DNA of 63,281 nucleotides, the filler included, from Actinomycetota bacterium (GTDB lineage Bacteria > Actinomycetota > Acidimicrobiia > IMCC26256 > VFJJ01), in NCBI GenBank assembly GCA_009886115.1. It is 4 parts of 4 records of this genome, joined end to end, with 100 filler letters (N's around TTAATTAATTAA, not from the genome) between each part and the next. Parts side by side here need not be neighbours in the genome. Positions count along the whole stretch, not along the records: positions 36,864 to 56,191 come from VFJJ01000104.1; 3 more parts are not named here. One strand, given 5' to 3'. The notes beneath the pieces are model-generated. The model had not been told where the DNA came from, ran no database searches, and saw only the letters and a program-made list of their open reading frames with translations. Of the stretch, positions 39,924 through 48,889 are shown piece by piece; position 1 is the stretch's first letter, and each line of letters begins with the position of its first letter. Position numbers and translations under genes: made by a program.

Positions 39924-42328
39924 TCCGCTCTCAGCACGTCGGCTGGGCGGAGACGTCGGACGTCATGGAGCGGGCGTGCCGCAGCGAGCCCGGCCAACGC
40001 GAACGCGCCCGGGACGGCCAGCCACACCCAGCTCGGGTACGCGATCGACGGGACGACGGTGACCCGCTCGGCCAGGTTGTAGACGACGATGCGGGCGGCG
40101 ACGAGCCCGACGGGCAGACCGATCGCCAGTGCCAGCGCAGCGACGAGCGCCGCCTGCCAGACCAGTGCCCGGCTGAGCTGGGCCCGGCTCACACCCAAGG
40201 CCCGATGGATCGCCAGCTCCCTCCGTCGCTGCCGGGTCGCGGTATGCATGGAATAGACCAGCGCCGCCGCGCCGAGAGCGGCGAGGAAGATCGCCAGGGC
40301 CGTGGGGACGCCACCGAGCTCCCGCAGGTTCTCGACGTTGGCCGGTGGCTCACGATCGGCCGAGAAGCCCGGGTACTCGTCTGCCAGCGCCTGCAGTGTC
40401 TCTTCGTCGCGGGCGTCGGGGCCCAGCCGCACGAGCACGGACGAGACGTCGAGATTGCCACCGACGAGGAGGTCGGCCCCGGGCCCGTCGAGCACCAGCC
40501 CCCGGGCCGAGTGGTCGTTGCCCGGGCTCACCACCACCCCTACTACGACGGCCTCCACGACCCCGATGTTGGTGAGCGTCACCGGCGAACCGATTCCGGC
40601 CCCTACTGCGTCGAGCAGATCGGGCCCGAGCGCGATCTCGGCCGGCCCGCTCGGGGCCCGACCCTCGAGGAGGACCGGGGCGATGGAGCCCTTGTACGCC
40701 TCGAACACGGTCGGGTCGACCTCCACGGTCGCCTCACCGCTCGGGCCGGCGAGGGTCGTGCCGTAACCGTTCTCCTGGGCCGTGGCGTCTCTGGCTGCCG
40801 TGACGGCATCGAAGCGCGGATCGGCCACGATGGCCTCGATGTCGAGCACCGATCCCAGCTCGTTCTGGATCGTCGCGTCGAAGTCGGCGCCGTACAGGCG
40901 TGGGGTGGCGAGCACTTGGTCGATCGAACCGTCGACGAGCCCGACGGCGATCACCCCGACGATCCCGAGCGCGAGCCCGACCACGCCCGCCCGTATGGGC
41001 GATCCGGAACCTCCGCTCGAGCGCCGGGCTCCCAGGTTCAACCCCACGACACGCGCCGGAGTACCGCCGGCCAGCCGTGCGAGCCATCTCGAGCTGCGGG
41101 CCGGGCTCGCTGTGGCCTGACGCCGAGGCCCACGCGCCCGGGCCGTCCACGACGCCACCACGATGCTCACCACCACGACACCAGCCAGCAGGACGGTCGC
41201 TCCCGTGACGAGCACCGAGCCGTCGAACTCTCGACCGGGGTAGGGCTCGGCCCTCCCGGCCAGACCCACCGGAAGCGCCGCCGAAGCGAGCCAGGCCGTC
41301 CCGACGGCCCCGACGGCACCGAGGGCGAGCACCGGCGCCACGAGCGCCAGCCCGGCACCGGCCTCCTGCCGGCGGGTGATACCGAGCGCTCGACGGGCGT
41401 CGCGTTCGGCGGCTGCCAAGGCCATCTGACGCGCCAGTGCCTGGATGACCACCACGGATCCGGCGATCGCGCAGGCCAGCGCAGCCACCCCGAGCACCCC
41501 GACCTGCAGGCCGATCGCGTCAGCGACCCGGGCCTCGAAGTCCTCCGACGGCTGAACGATCGCGCTGTCACCGAAGCTCGCCCGGAGCCGCTCGATCACA
41601 GCGTCGCGTGCCGCCGGCCTGGCCCGAACCCGGATCCCGCACTCGCAGCGCCACATGTCGGGCCCGTACGCCTCGAGGAAGCCGGGCCCGACCGCCAGGA
41701 ACGGATCGGGGTTGTCGGACACATCCTCGATACCACGGAACACGCCGACGATCGTGACTGTGGGGCGGGGCCCCGCGGGGGGCCCGGGGTCGACCTGCTC
41801 GTCGATCGCCCGCGACTCGTTGAACACCTCGATGAGGAACTGCTCATCCGTCTTCGACCACAGCGCAACCTGATCACCGGGCCCCTTACCGAGCTGATCG
41901 GCCATGGCCTCGTTGACGACGATCTCGTCGGCCGCGGCGAGGTCGAGGTTGCGGCCGTCGATGATGAACACGTCGTCGTCACCGGAATCGCCAGCTCTCT
42001 CCGCGATGCCGACCGAGAAGAAGTTCTCCGACGGCTGGGGGGCCAGACCGAGCAGCACGAAGGCGTAGGCCGAGGTCACGTCGGGATCGGCGACGATCCG
42101 CTCGAACGCGTCGTCGGGCAGCGTCGAGACGAAGTCGGGAGTGAGCACCTCGATGTTGGGCTCGGCCGTGGCCGCGGCCCCCCGGGTGAACGCCGTGTCG
42201 GTCCGCCTCGCGCCCGCGATCGCGGCGAGCACCGCGCCGCCCGAGATCGCGATCAGGAGCGCGACCGCGGCCAGCGAGCCGAGCCGCCGTCGCCACTCGG
42301 CGCGCACCCAGAGCCAGACGGCGCTCAT
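39920..42328 (-). CDS. FtsX/MacB-family ABC permease (two FtsX domains)
   Basis: RAEWRRR, GARRTDTAF, DEIVVNE, RRALG, RRRELAIHRALG, RPADVLRAE; stop overlaps kinase start. Confidence 0.92.
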   Translation of the reverse strand: MSAVWLWVRAEWRRRLGSLAAVALLIAISGGAVLAAIAGARRTDTAFTRGAAATAEPNIEVLTPDFVSTLPDDAFERIVADPDVTSAYAFVLLGLAPQPSENFFSVGIAERAGDSGDDDVFIIDGRNLDLAAADEIVVNEAMADQLGKGPGDQVALWSKTDEQFLIEVFNESRAIDEQVDPGPPAGPRPTVTIVGVFRGIEDVSDNPDPFLAVGPGFLEAYGPDMWRCECGIRVRARPAARDAVIERLRASFGDSAIVQPSEDFEARVADAIGLQVGVLGVAALACAIAGSVVVIQALARQMALAAAERDARRALGITRRQEAGAGLALVAPVLALGAVGAVGTAWLASAALPVGLAGRAEPYPGREFDGSVLVTGATVLLAGVVVVSIVVASWTARARGPRRQATASPARSSRWLARLAGGTPARVVGLNLGARRSSGGSGSPIRAGVVGLALGIVGVIAVGLVDGSIDQVLATPRLYGADFDATIQNELGSVLDIEAIVADPRFDAVTAARDATAQENGYGTTLAGPSGEATVEVDPTVFEAYKGSIAPVLLEGRAPSGPAEIALGPDLLDAVGAGIGSPVTLTNIGVVEAVVVGVVVSPGNDHSARGLVLDGPGADLLVGGNLDVSSVLVRLGPDARDEETLQALADEYPGFSADREPPANVENLRELGGVPTALAIFLAALGAAALVYSMHTATRQRRRELAIHRALGVSRAQLSRALVWQAALVAALALAIGLPVGLVAARIVVYNLAERVTVVPSIAYPSWVWLAVPGAFALAGLAAARPLHDVRRLRPADVLRAE

Positions 42329-42509
42329 CCTCGCGATCTCCTCACGGCCACCATGGCATCAGTAGACGCCCCTGCTCGGTGACGTGCAAGGAAGCCACCA
42401 CACCCACCCCGGTGTGGTTGTCACCACCGGCACGACCAGCCCACGCACGACCAGGAGTGAGTACAGCCCCACATGCCCCGGACAACTCACTCCTGCTCGG
42501 CTCGTGGGT

Positions 42510-43398
42510 CGGGACGTGGACGCTGTCGGGCCCGTCCTTCAGCCGCACGAGCGATCCCGCGCCGTACACGAAGGCACCCGATCCCTCGCTCCTCCACCAG
42601 GCCGGGGTCGTGTACACGACGAGTGGACGGGAGATCGTGAGCAGGGCCGAGGGCTCCTCGGGAACGAGATCGACGAAATCCCGAACGACCCCCGTCACCA
42701 GGGCCGGCCGGCCGGGTCGTCGTGGTGGTTCGCTCCCGTCGCTCGCGGCGTCGGGTTCGTCGACGGAGTACGTGCTGAGCACCGTGGTGTCGCCGGGGCT
42801 GAGCCCGAGGTCGCCCGCCAGGCCTTCGTTGATCGCGATCTCACCGGCCGCGTCGAGACGGGGGAGCCGACCCCGCAGAACCGGCGGCGCGCCGGTGCCG
42901 GCCAGCCCGCCGTCGAGATCGGCCGAGATGAGGGTCCGCAGCGGAAGACCCGGGCGCGACGATTCGGGGGTGAGGGGCCGGCTGGGGCCGGGGCGGCTCC
43001 GGCCGGGCCAGCACCGACCTGAGCAGCAATCGACCCCACATACGACCCGGAACGGCCCACCGCCTCCACCTCGGGCACGCTGCGGAGGAGATCGGCGGTC
43101 GCCGCCGTCGCCTGGTCGTCGAAGCACTCGTCAACCCTCAGCTGGAGACTGACGTCGAGCTGCTCGACGGTGAAGTCCGGGTTGCACGCGATCGCCACGA
43201 CATCGCCCGTGCGGCGATGCTCGGAAAAGCGCTCCAGGGCCGAGTCGCTCCGGCGCGACGCAGCGGTCGCCGCCATGGCGTGCTCGCGGCCAGGCCCGCC
43301 AACAGCGCGAGGAAGATCGAGGCCCGGACGTTGGATGCCAGCAGGCGCACGGCCCGCAGTCGAACGGCGGCCCCGGGCCCGCGCAGCACCTGTATCAC
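42510..43398 (-). pseudogene. Second FtsX-like permease remnant (two frameshifts, truncated)
   Basis: GTG overlaps MBL stop; three frames join as ...IFLALLAGLAAS / AASRRSDSALERF... / GRLPRLDAAGEIAINEGLA...VTGVVR. Confidence 0.75.
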
Positions 43399-44273
43399 CC
43401 GAGCCGGATCTCGCAACCCTCGCGGGCCGCGCTCACGCTCACGCCGACCGGCGCGGCTGCGGCCAGGCGGCGCTCCAACGCCTCGACCTCGGCGTCGGTT
43501 CGGCTGGGGTCGTGGTGGAACAACAGCACCTGGTGCGCTCCGGCGACCTCGGCCAGGCCCAGCGCGTACTCGGCGGCAGCATGGCCGAACGGGCCTCGGG
43601 CGGGAAGCTCGTCGGCGGTGTACTGGGCGTCGTGCACGAGCAGGTCGACCCCATCGGCGAGTGCCATGGCCGCGGCGTGGTGGGCCCCCACACCGCGGGG
43701 TCCGAGACCGAGATCCTGGGGCGCGTGGTCGGACAGATAGGCCATGGTGCTGCGCCCGTCGGTGATCCGCAACCCCATGGTGCGGCCGCCCTTGTGCGGG
43801 ATCTCGCGCGCCGTGACCGTGAAGCCCTCGGCCGCGAACGAACCTTCCCCGTACGACTCGAAGGTCCAGTCGCCCCGCAGCTCCGAAGGCGTGATCGGGA
43901 AGTGCGGCGGTCCCATGGCCCGGGCGAGCAACGCCTCCGAGTCCTGCGGACGGGTGCCGTGCGTCGCCCCTGGACCGGCGTCCTGCTCGGGGAGCAGCAG
44001 TCGCACGCGCGCGTCGTCACGGTCGCCGGCCTTGAAGAACGGGAGGCCCTGGGTGTGATCCCAATGGAGATGACCGAGGACGATCGTCCCCCGAAAGGGG
44101 GCGCCGTCGAGCAGAGCGCTCACCCTGCGCACGCCCGTCCCGGCGTCGAGCACCAGGACCGGTACGCCCTCGTCGTGGGCGATGGCGATGCAGGAGGTGT
44201 GGCCTCCGATCCCCAGGAACTCACTCCCGCACAGAGGCGTCGAGCCCCGGACCCCGCAGACGTGGACCCTCAC
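43395..44273 (-). CDS. MBL-fold metallo-hydrolase, candidate cNMP phosphodiesterase
   Basis: GVRGSTP, GGHTSC, LDAGTG, HLHWDH, PHKG, SDH, HDAQY, FGH, FHHDP. Confidence 0.9.
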   Translation of the reverse strand: MRVHVCGVRGSTPLCGSEFLGIGGHTSCIAIAHDEGVPVLVLDAGTGVRRVSALLDGAPFRGTIVLGHLHWDHTQGLPFFKAGDRDDARVRLLLPEQDAGPGATHGTRPQDSEALLARAMGPPHFPITPSELRGDWTFESYGEGSFAAEGFTVTAREIPHKGGRTMGLRITDGRSTMAYLSDHAPQDLGLGPRGVGAHHAAAMALADGVDLLVHDAQYTADELPARGPFGHAAAEYALGLAEVAGAHQVLLFHHDPSRTDAEVEALERRLAAAAPVGVSVSAAREGCEIRLG

Positions 44274-45364
44274 GAACCGGTCGTCCCGAAGGCCGCCAGC
44301 TGCTCCTCGCGCCGGTGCCCTTCGGCCAGCGCAGTGAGTTGCTCCCTCGTGAGGTCGCCTGCTCCAAGCTCGGCGACCCGGCAGGCGGTGACCGCGCTGA
44401 CGGTGGACGTGCGGAGCCCCTGCTCGAGGATGGCCCGCTCGCCCAGCACGGCGCCGGGGCCGAGCTCAGCCAGGAGTTGCCCGTCGACATCGACCGCGAC
44501 GACGCCGTCCATCACCACGAACATCGAGTCGCCGGGCTGGCCCTGCTCGACGAGCCGGTCGCCCACCTTGAGGCGGCGGAACCGGGCCTGATGTCCGGGA
44601 GCGAGCAGCTCGGCCGACAGCGTCCGTTCGAGGGCGGTCTCGATCTCGGTCACGAACGCCTTGGAGTCGAGGTTGCCCCACGGGGTGTTGCGCCCGAAGG
44701 CTCGCTTCCACCAGTGCTTGAAGTCGGTGAGGCCGCTCTTGGATGCCAGCCGACCGGCCGTGTCGTAGACCCAGTGACGGGGGAACGGGCTGGCGCCGGT
44801 GAGCTCCGAGTCGGTCCGCCCGTCGGCGTGCACGGTGAGCGTGAGCGTCGTCCAGGCGACGGGGGCGCGCCACTGCACGAACGGCGGCCGGCGCACGGTG
44901 CGGGGCGCGGGCACACCGGTGCGACCACCGGCTGTCTGAGTGAAGCGCACCCAGCCGTCGCCCCACTCGGGTTCCGACCTCCGGTCGGGGAGGGCGACGG
45001 CGGTGACGATCCACGCTGCGCCACCGAGCTTCACCCTGGTGGCGCCGATGCGGCCCTCGCCGCCGTAGCCGGCATCCACGATGCGTCCGTCGACGACGTC
45101 GATCCAGGCGGCGAGGTGATTGGCGAAGCGGAAGCGATCGGCCAGGCGCAGCTCGTCGAGGCGGGTCACGACCGAGGCCGCGTCGGTCGCGGGGCCCCCG
45201 GCGTCGCCCTGGCCCTCGGCGGCGTCGGTCGGGGGGCCACCGAGATCATCGGGTGGCACCTCGTCATAGTGGAACGTACCCATCCGGAAGGGCAGCTTCG
45301 GCAACCCGGAGATGGCTTCCATCGGGATCCAGGAGATCGATGTGACGGCAGCTTGATGACGCAT
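44270..45364 (-). CDS. Cyclic nucleotide-binding domain protein with unassigned N-terminal domain
   Basis: Start at MRHQAAVTSISWIP; C-term LVEQGQPGDSMFVVMDG...LGPGAVLGERAIL...RTSTV; no CRP HTH. Confidence 0.88.
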   Translation of the reverse strand: MRHQAAVTSISWIPMEAISGLPKLPFRMGTFHYDEVPPDDLGGPPTDAAEGQGDAGGPATDAASVVTRLDELRLADRFRFANHLAAWIDVVDGRIVDAGYGGEGRIGATRVKLGGAAWIVTAVALPDRRSEPEWGDGWVRFTQTAGGRTGVPAPRTVRRPPFVQWRAPVAWTTLTLTVHADGRTDSELTGASPFPRHWVYDTAGRLASKSGLTDFKHWWKRAFGRNTPWGNLDSKAFVTEIETALERTLSAELLAPGHQARFRRLKVGDRLVEQGQPGDSMFVVMDGVVAVDVDGQLLAELGPGAVLGERAILEQGLRTSTVSAVTACRVAELGAGDLTREQLTALAEGHRREEQLAAFGTTGS

Positions 45365-45496
45365 CGTGTGACCGTACGGATCATCGGCCGGCGCGAACAG
45401 GGCGCAGGCCGGGCAACCGGTGGGGGTGCTGGCCCCACCCCGTTCTCCGGGCCTGCCCCCTGTTCTGGGCGAGCCCCATGCGCTCCAATGGTCATC

Positions 45497-46858
45497 ATGG
45501 AGACGGCCGTCATCACGGTGTACCTCGCCGACGACAACATCATCGTGCGTGAAGGCGTCCGGGCCATGTTGGCCCGGGCCAAGGACATCGAGGTGGTCGG
45601 GGTCGCCGACGACTACGACTCGCTCGTGGCCGGGGCCGAGGCCGCCGCACCGCAGGTCGTCGTCACCGACATTCGCATGCCCCCGGCGTTCCAACGCGAG
45701 GGGATCGACGCGGCGAAGCTCATCCGCAAGCGCCATCCGGGGACGGGCGTCGTGATCCTCTCGCAGTACGACGATCCCGACTATGCCGTGGCGTTGCTCT
45801 CCGAGGGGGCGTCGGGGTACGCGTACCTGCTCAAGGACCGCATCGCCGAGGGCGACCAGCTCGCCAGCGCCATTCGCACGGTGGCCCAGGGCGGCTCGAT
45901 GCTCGACCCGGTGATCGTGAACGCCTTGGTACGTCCGGTGACGCGGCCGGGGGAGCTGGCGCCCGCCGACGAGGAGCTGCTCGGTCTCGTGGCTGCCGGA
46001 CGCCCGCTGAAGGCGATCGCGCTCGCCCGAAGGACGACCGCGGCCGCCGTGGCGGAGGACGTCGAACGGCTCTTTCGCGTCCTCGCCGACGGAGCCAGCT
46101 CTGGCCAGCAGGGGGCTCTGCGGCGCCTGCGGATGCTGCACGAGGCAATAGTGGAGCGCGAGGAGCGCAGCGAGTCGCTGAGCCGCTTGCTGCCCGGCGG
46201 GGTGGCCGAACGGCTCCTGCGTGGCGGCAAGGCGATCGGCGAGAGCGAGGAATGCATCGTGACCGTGCTGATGTCCGACATCCGGGGCTACACGACGATC
46301 GCCGAGCATGCCGAGCCGGCCCAGATCGTGGCCCAGCTGAACGTGCACCGGGCCGAGATGAACCGGGCCATCCTCGACCAGGCCGGAACGGTGATGCAGT
46401 ACGTCGGCGACGCCGTGATGGCCGTGTTCGGCGCGCCCGAGCCCTGCCCCGACCATGCCGAACGCGCCCTCGCTGCCGCCATCGCCATGCACGCGGCTCA
46501 AGCCACGGTGAACGAGCGCTGGTGTGCGGAGGGCCTACCGCCCTTCGGGCTCGGGATCGGGCTGTCGACGGGGAGTGTGGCCGCCGCGATCATGGGTTCG
46601 GAGGAGCGCCTCGAGTACACGGTGATCGGCGATGCCGTGAACCTCTGCAACCGACTCCAGCAGCTCGCGTCGCCAGGGCAGACCGTGTGCTCGGGTCCGC
46701 ACTGGCGTGAGCTGGCCACCGTCCCGCCCGATCACGAGGAGTTGCCGCCGCAGCTCGTCAAGGGGCGCGACACCCCGGTCGTTGCCTACCGATTCCCGGT
46801 GGCGACTTTCGCGACACCAGTCCCGTCGAGCACGAGCCCGGGAGGCGACACCGCATGA
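45497..46858 (+). CDS. Receiver + degenerate LuxR-HTH + class III nucleotidyl cyclase fusion
   Basis: LADD, VTDIRMPP, LSQY, YLLKDR receiver; MSDIRGYT, QYVGDAVMA, GIGLSTG, YTVIGDAVNLCNRLQ cyclase. Alternative start 45488. Confidence 0.93.
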   Translation: METAVITVYLADDNIIVREGVRAMLARAKDIEVVGVADDYDSLVAGAEAAAPQVVVTDIRMPPAFQREGIDAAKLIRKRHPGTGVVILSQYDDPDYAVALLSEGASGYAYLLKDRIAEGDQLASAIRTVAQGGSMLDPVIVNALVRPVTRPGELAPADEELLGLVAAGRPLKAIALARRTTAAAVAEDVERLFRVLADGASSGQQGALRRLRMLHEAIVEREERSESLSRLLPGGVAERLLRGGKAIGESEECIVTVLMSDIRGYTTIAEHAEPAQIVAQLNVHRAEMNRAILDQAGTVMQYVGDAVMAVFGAPEPCPDHAERALAAAIAMHAAQATVNERWCAEGLPPFGLGIGLSTGSVAAAIMGSEERLEYTVIGDAVNLCNRLQQLASPGQTVCSGPHWRELATVPPDHEELPPQLVKGRDTPVVAYRFPVATFATPVPSSTSPGGDTA

Positions 46859-47610
46859 GTGACGATCTGGCGATCGAGGCCGTCGGCCTGTACCGCACCT
46901 TCGAGGCCGAGACGGCGCCGGTCCGCGCGTTGCGGGGCGCCGACCTCACCGTGAGACGCGGCGAGTTCGTGGCGGTCATGGGGCCCTCGGGATGCGGGAA
47001 GTCGACGATGCTCAACGTCGTCGCCGGCCTCGACACGCCCGACGAGGGCGAGATCTCGGTGGCCGGCCAGTCGCTCGTCGGCCTGTCCGACGATCAGCTC
47101 GCGCTCATGCGCCGAAAGCACGTCGGTATCGTGTTCCAGTTCTTCAATCTGCTCGAAGGCATGACCGTGCAGGAGAACGTCGTCATGCCCGCGCTCATCG
47201 CCGGCGTGAAGCGCAAGAAGGCCGAAACCCGCGCTCGCGACCTCCTCGACCTCCTGGGCCTGCCCGACAAGGCCCGCCAGGCCCCGGGGGTGCTCTCGGG
47301 CGGGCAACGTCAGCGTCTGGCCATCGCCCGGGCCCTGGCCAACGAGCCGACGATCGTGCTGGCCGACGAACCCACCGGCGCGCTCGACTCCGAAGGCGGC
47401 GAGGAGATCCTGGAGCTGTTCCGCCGCCTCCACGACGGCGGTCAGACCATCCTGCTCGTCACCCACGACCAGCCGGTCGCCGACGCCGCCGAACGGATCG
47501 TCCGCATGCGCGACGGTCGGGTCGTCGACGAGGGCCACGGGCCAGGCGACACGTCCTCAGGGGGAACCGACCCGATGACCGTCGGCACCACCAGGGAGCG
47601 CTCGGCGTAG
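46855..47610 (+). CDS. ABC transporter ATP-binding protein (LolD/MacB-like)
   Basis: GPSGCGKST, VFQFFNL, LSGGQRQR, LADEPTGALD, VTHD; ATGA overlap with cyclase gene. Confidence 0.96.
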   Translation: MSDDLAIEAVGLYRTFEAETAPVRALRGADLTVRRGEFVAVMGPSGCGKSTMLNVVAGLDTPDEGEISVAGQSLVGLSDDQLALMRRKHVGIVFQFFNLLEGMTVQENVVMPALIAGVKRKKAETRARDLLDLLGLPDKARQAPGVLSGGQRQRLAIARALANEPTIVLADEPTGALDSEGGEEILELFRRLHDGGQTILLVTHDQPVADAAERIVRMRDGRVVDEGHGPGDTSSGGTDPMTVGTTRERSA

Positions 47611-47723
47611 CACCGGTGTGAGGGATCGCTCGAGTTCCTTGCGCGAAGTCGGGTTCGTGCGCGAGCGTCGCCCGCAGCAGTGCGGCGTCAACGAGCGCAA
47701 GTCACCACGACTTCGGAGGATCC

Positions 47724-48860
47724 ATGGAATTCGGCATCTTCGTCATGATGAACATCCTGGGTCAGGCAGCCCACGACCCCGAGGTCGAGCACCGGACCCT
47801 CAAGGAAGAGCTCGAGACGATCCGCTCGGCCGACCAAGCGGGCTTCAAGTACATCTGGGTGTCGGAGCACCACTGCCTGCCCGAGTATTCGCACCTCTCG
47901 GCGAACGAGTCGTTCATCGCCTACGCGCTGGCGATCACCGAGAAGATCCACGTCGGCTCGGGGATCTTCAACCTCAACCCGATCGTGAACCATCCCGTCC
48001 GCATGGCCGAGCGGGTCGCCATGCTCGATCACCTCGGCGAAGGCCGCTTCGAGTTCGGGACCGGCCGCGGCGCCGGCTCCTGGGAGGTCGGCACCTTCAA
48101 CCTCGACACGTCCAAGACCAAGGAACCGTGGGAGGAGGTCGTCTGGGAGCTCAAGAAGATGTGGGAGTCGCGCGACTACTCGTTCGACGGGAAGTACTTC
48201 CAGACGCCGGGTCGCAACATCCTCCCCAAGCCCTACGGCGGCGGCACGACACACCCGCCGATGTGGGTGGCGGCCGGCAACCCGCCCACCTTCGAGAAGG
48301 CGGCCCGTCACGGGATGGGTGTCCTGGGCTTCAACGTGGAGCCCGCACAGGCCATGAAGGCCCGCATCGAGGCGTACCACGCGGTGATCGCCGAAGCCGA
48401 GCCTGTTGGCCAGTTCATCAACGACAACGTGATGATCAGCTCCAGCATGCTGTGCATGGAGGACGGCAAGCTGGCCCGGCAGGTCTACCGCGACGCCATG
48501 ATGCACTACTTCTTCCCGCTCCTGTTCCTCTACCACGACACGTTCCCCGTCCCCGAGGGTGCGACCCGCTGGCCCGACATCCCGGGCGAGTTCACGCTCG
48601 ACGACGTGGAAGCCATGATCGACGGCGGCCAGATCCTCTGCGGCGATCCCGAGGAGGTGCGTCAGCAGCTCGACGCCATGCAGGACCTCGGCATCGACCA
48701 GCTCGTCTTCGGCGGGCCCAACGGCATCCCCTTCGAGATCCAACGGGCCTCGAACGAGCTCTTCGCCAAGAAGGTCATGCCCCACTTCGACAAGCAGCCC
48801 GACGTGTGGCGCACCGACACCATGCGCTACGGCCCCGCGGGCAAGCCCTCGGCGAAGTAG
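47724..48860 (+). CDS. LLM-class flavin-dependent oxidoreductase
   Basis: MEFGIF, WVSEHH, HPVRMAERVAMLDHL, GRFEFGTGRG, HPPMWVA. Confidence 0.93.
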   Translation: MEFGIFVMMNILGQAAHDPEVEHRTLKEELETIRSADQAGFKYIWVSEHHCLPEYSHLSANESFIAYALAITEKIHVGSGIFNLNPIVNHPVRMAERVAMLDHLGEGRFEFGTGRGAGSWEVGTFNLDTSKTKEPWEEVVWELKKMWESRDYSFDGKYFQTPGRNILPKPYGGGTTHPPMWVAAGNPPTFEKAARHGMGVLGFNVEPAQAMKARIEAYHAVIAEAEPVGQFINDNVMISSSMLCMEDGKLARQVYRDAMMHYFFPLLFLYHDTFPVPEGATRWPDIPGEFTLDDVEAMIDGGQILCGDPEEVRQQLDAMQDLGIDQLVFGGPNGIPFEIQRASNELFAKKVMPHFDKQPDVWRTDTMRYGPAGKPSAK

Positions 48861-48889
48861 CGCCGGTGGGATCGGTAGCCTGACGCCCG

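Noticed and set aside
44270..46858. Two long overlapping antisense ORFs (743 aa and 847 aa)
   Set aside because: Each is one real gene extended by a shadow frame of the divergent gene; real starts are 45364 and about 45497.
43395..46858. Calling the cyclase-CNBD-MBL trio a Pycsar defence system
   Set aside because: The cyclase is receiver-fused, the CNBD protein has no TIR or TM effector, and the context is kinase plus ABC transporter; kept only as an analogy.
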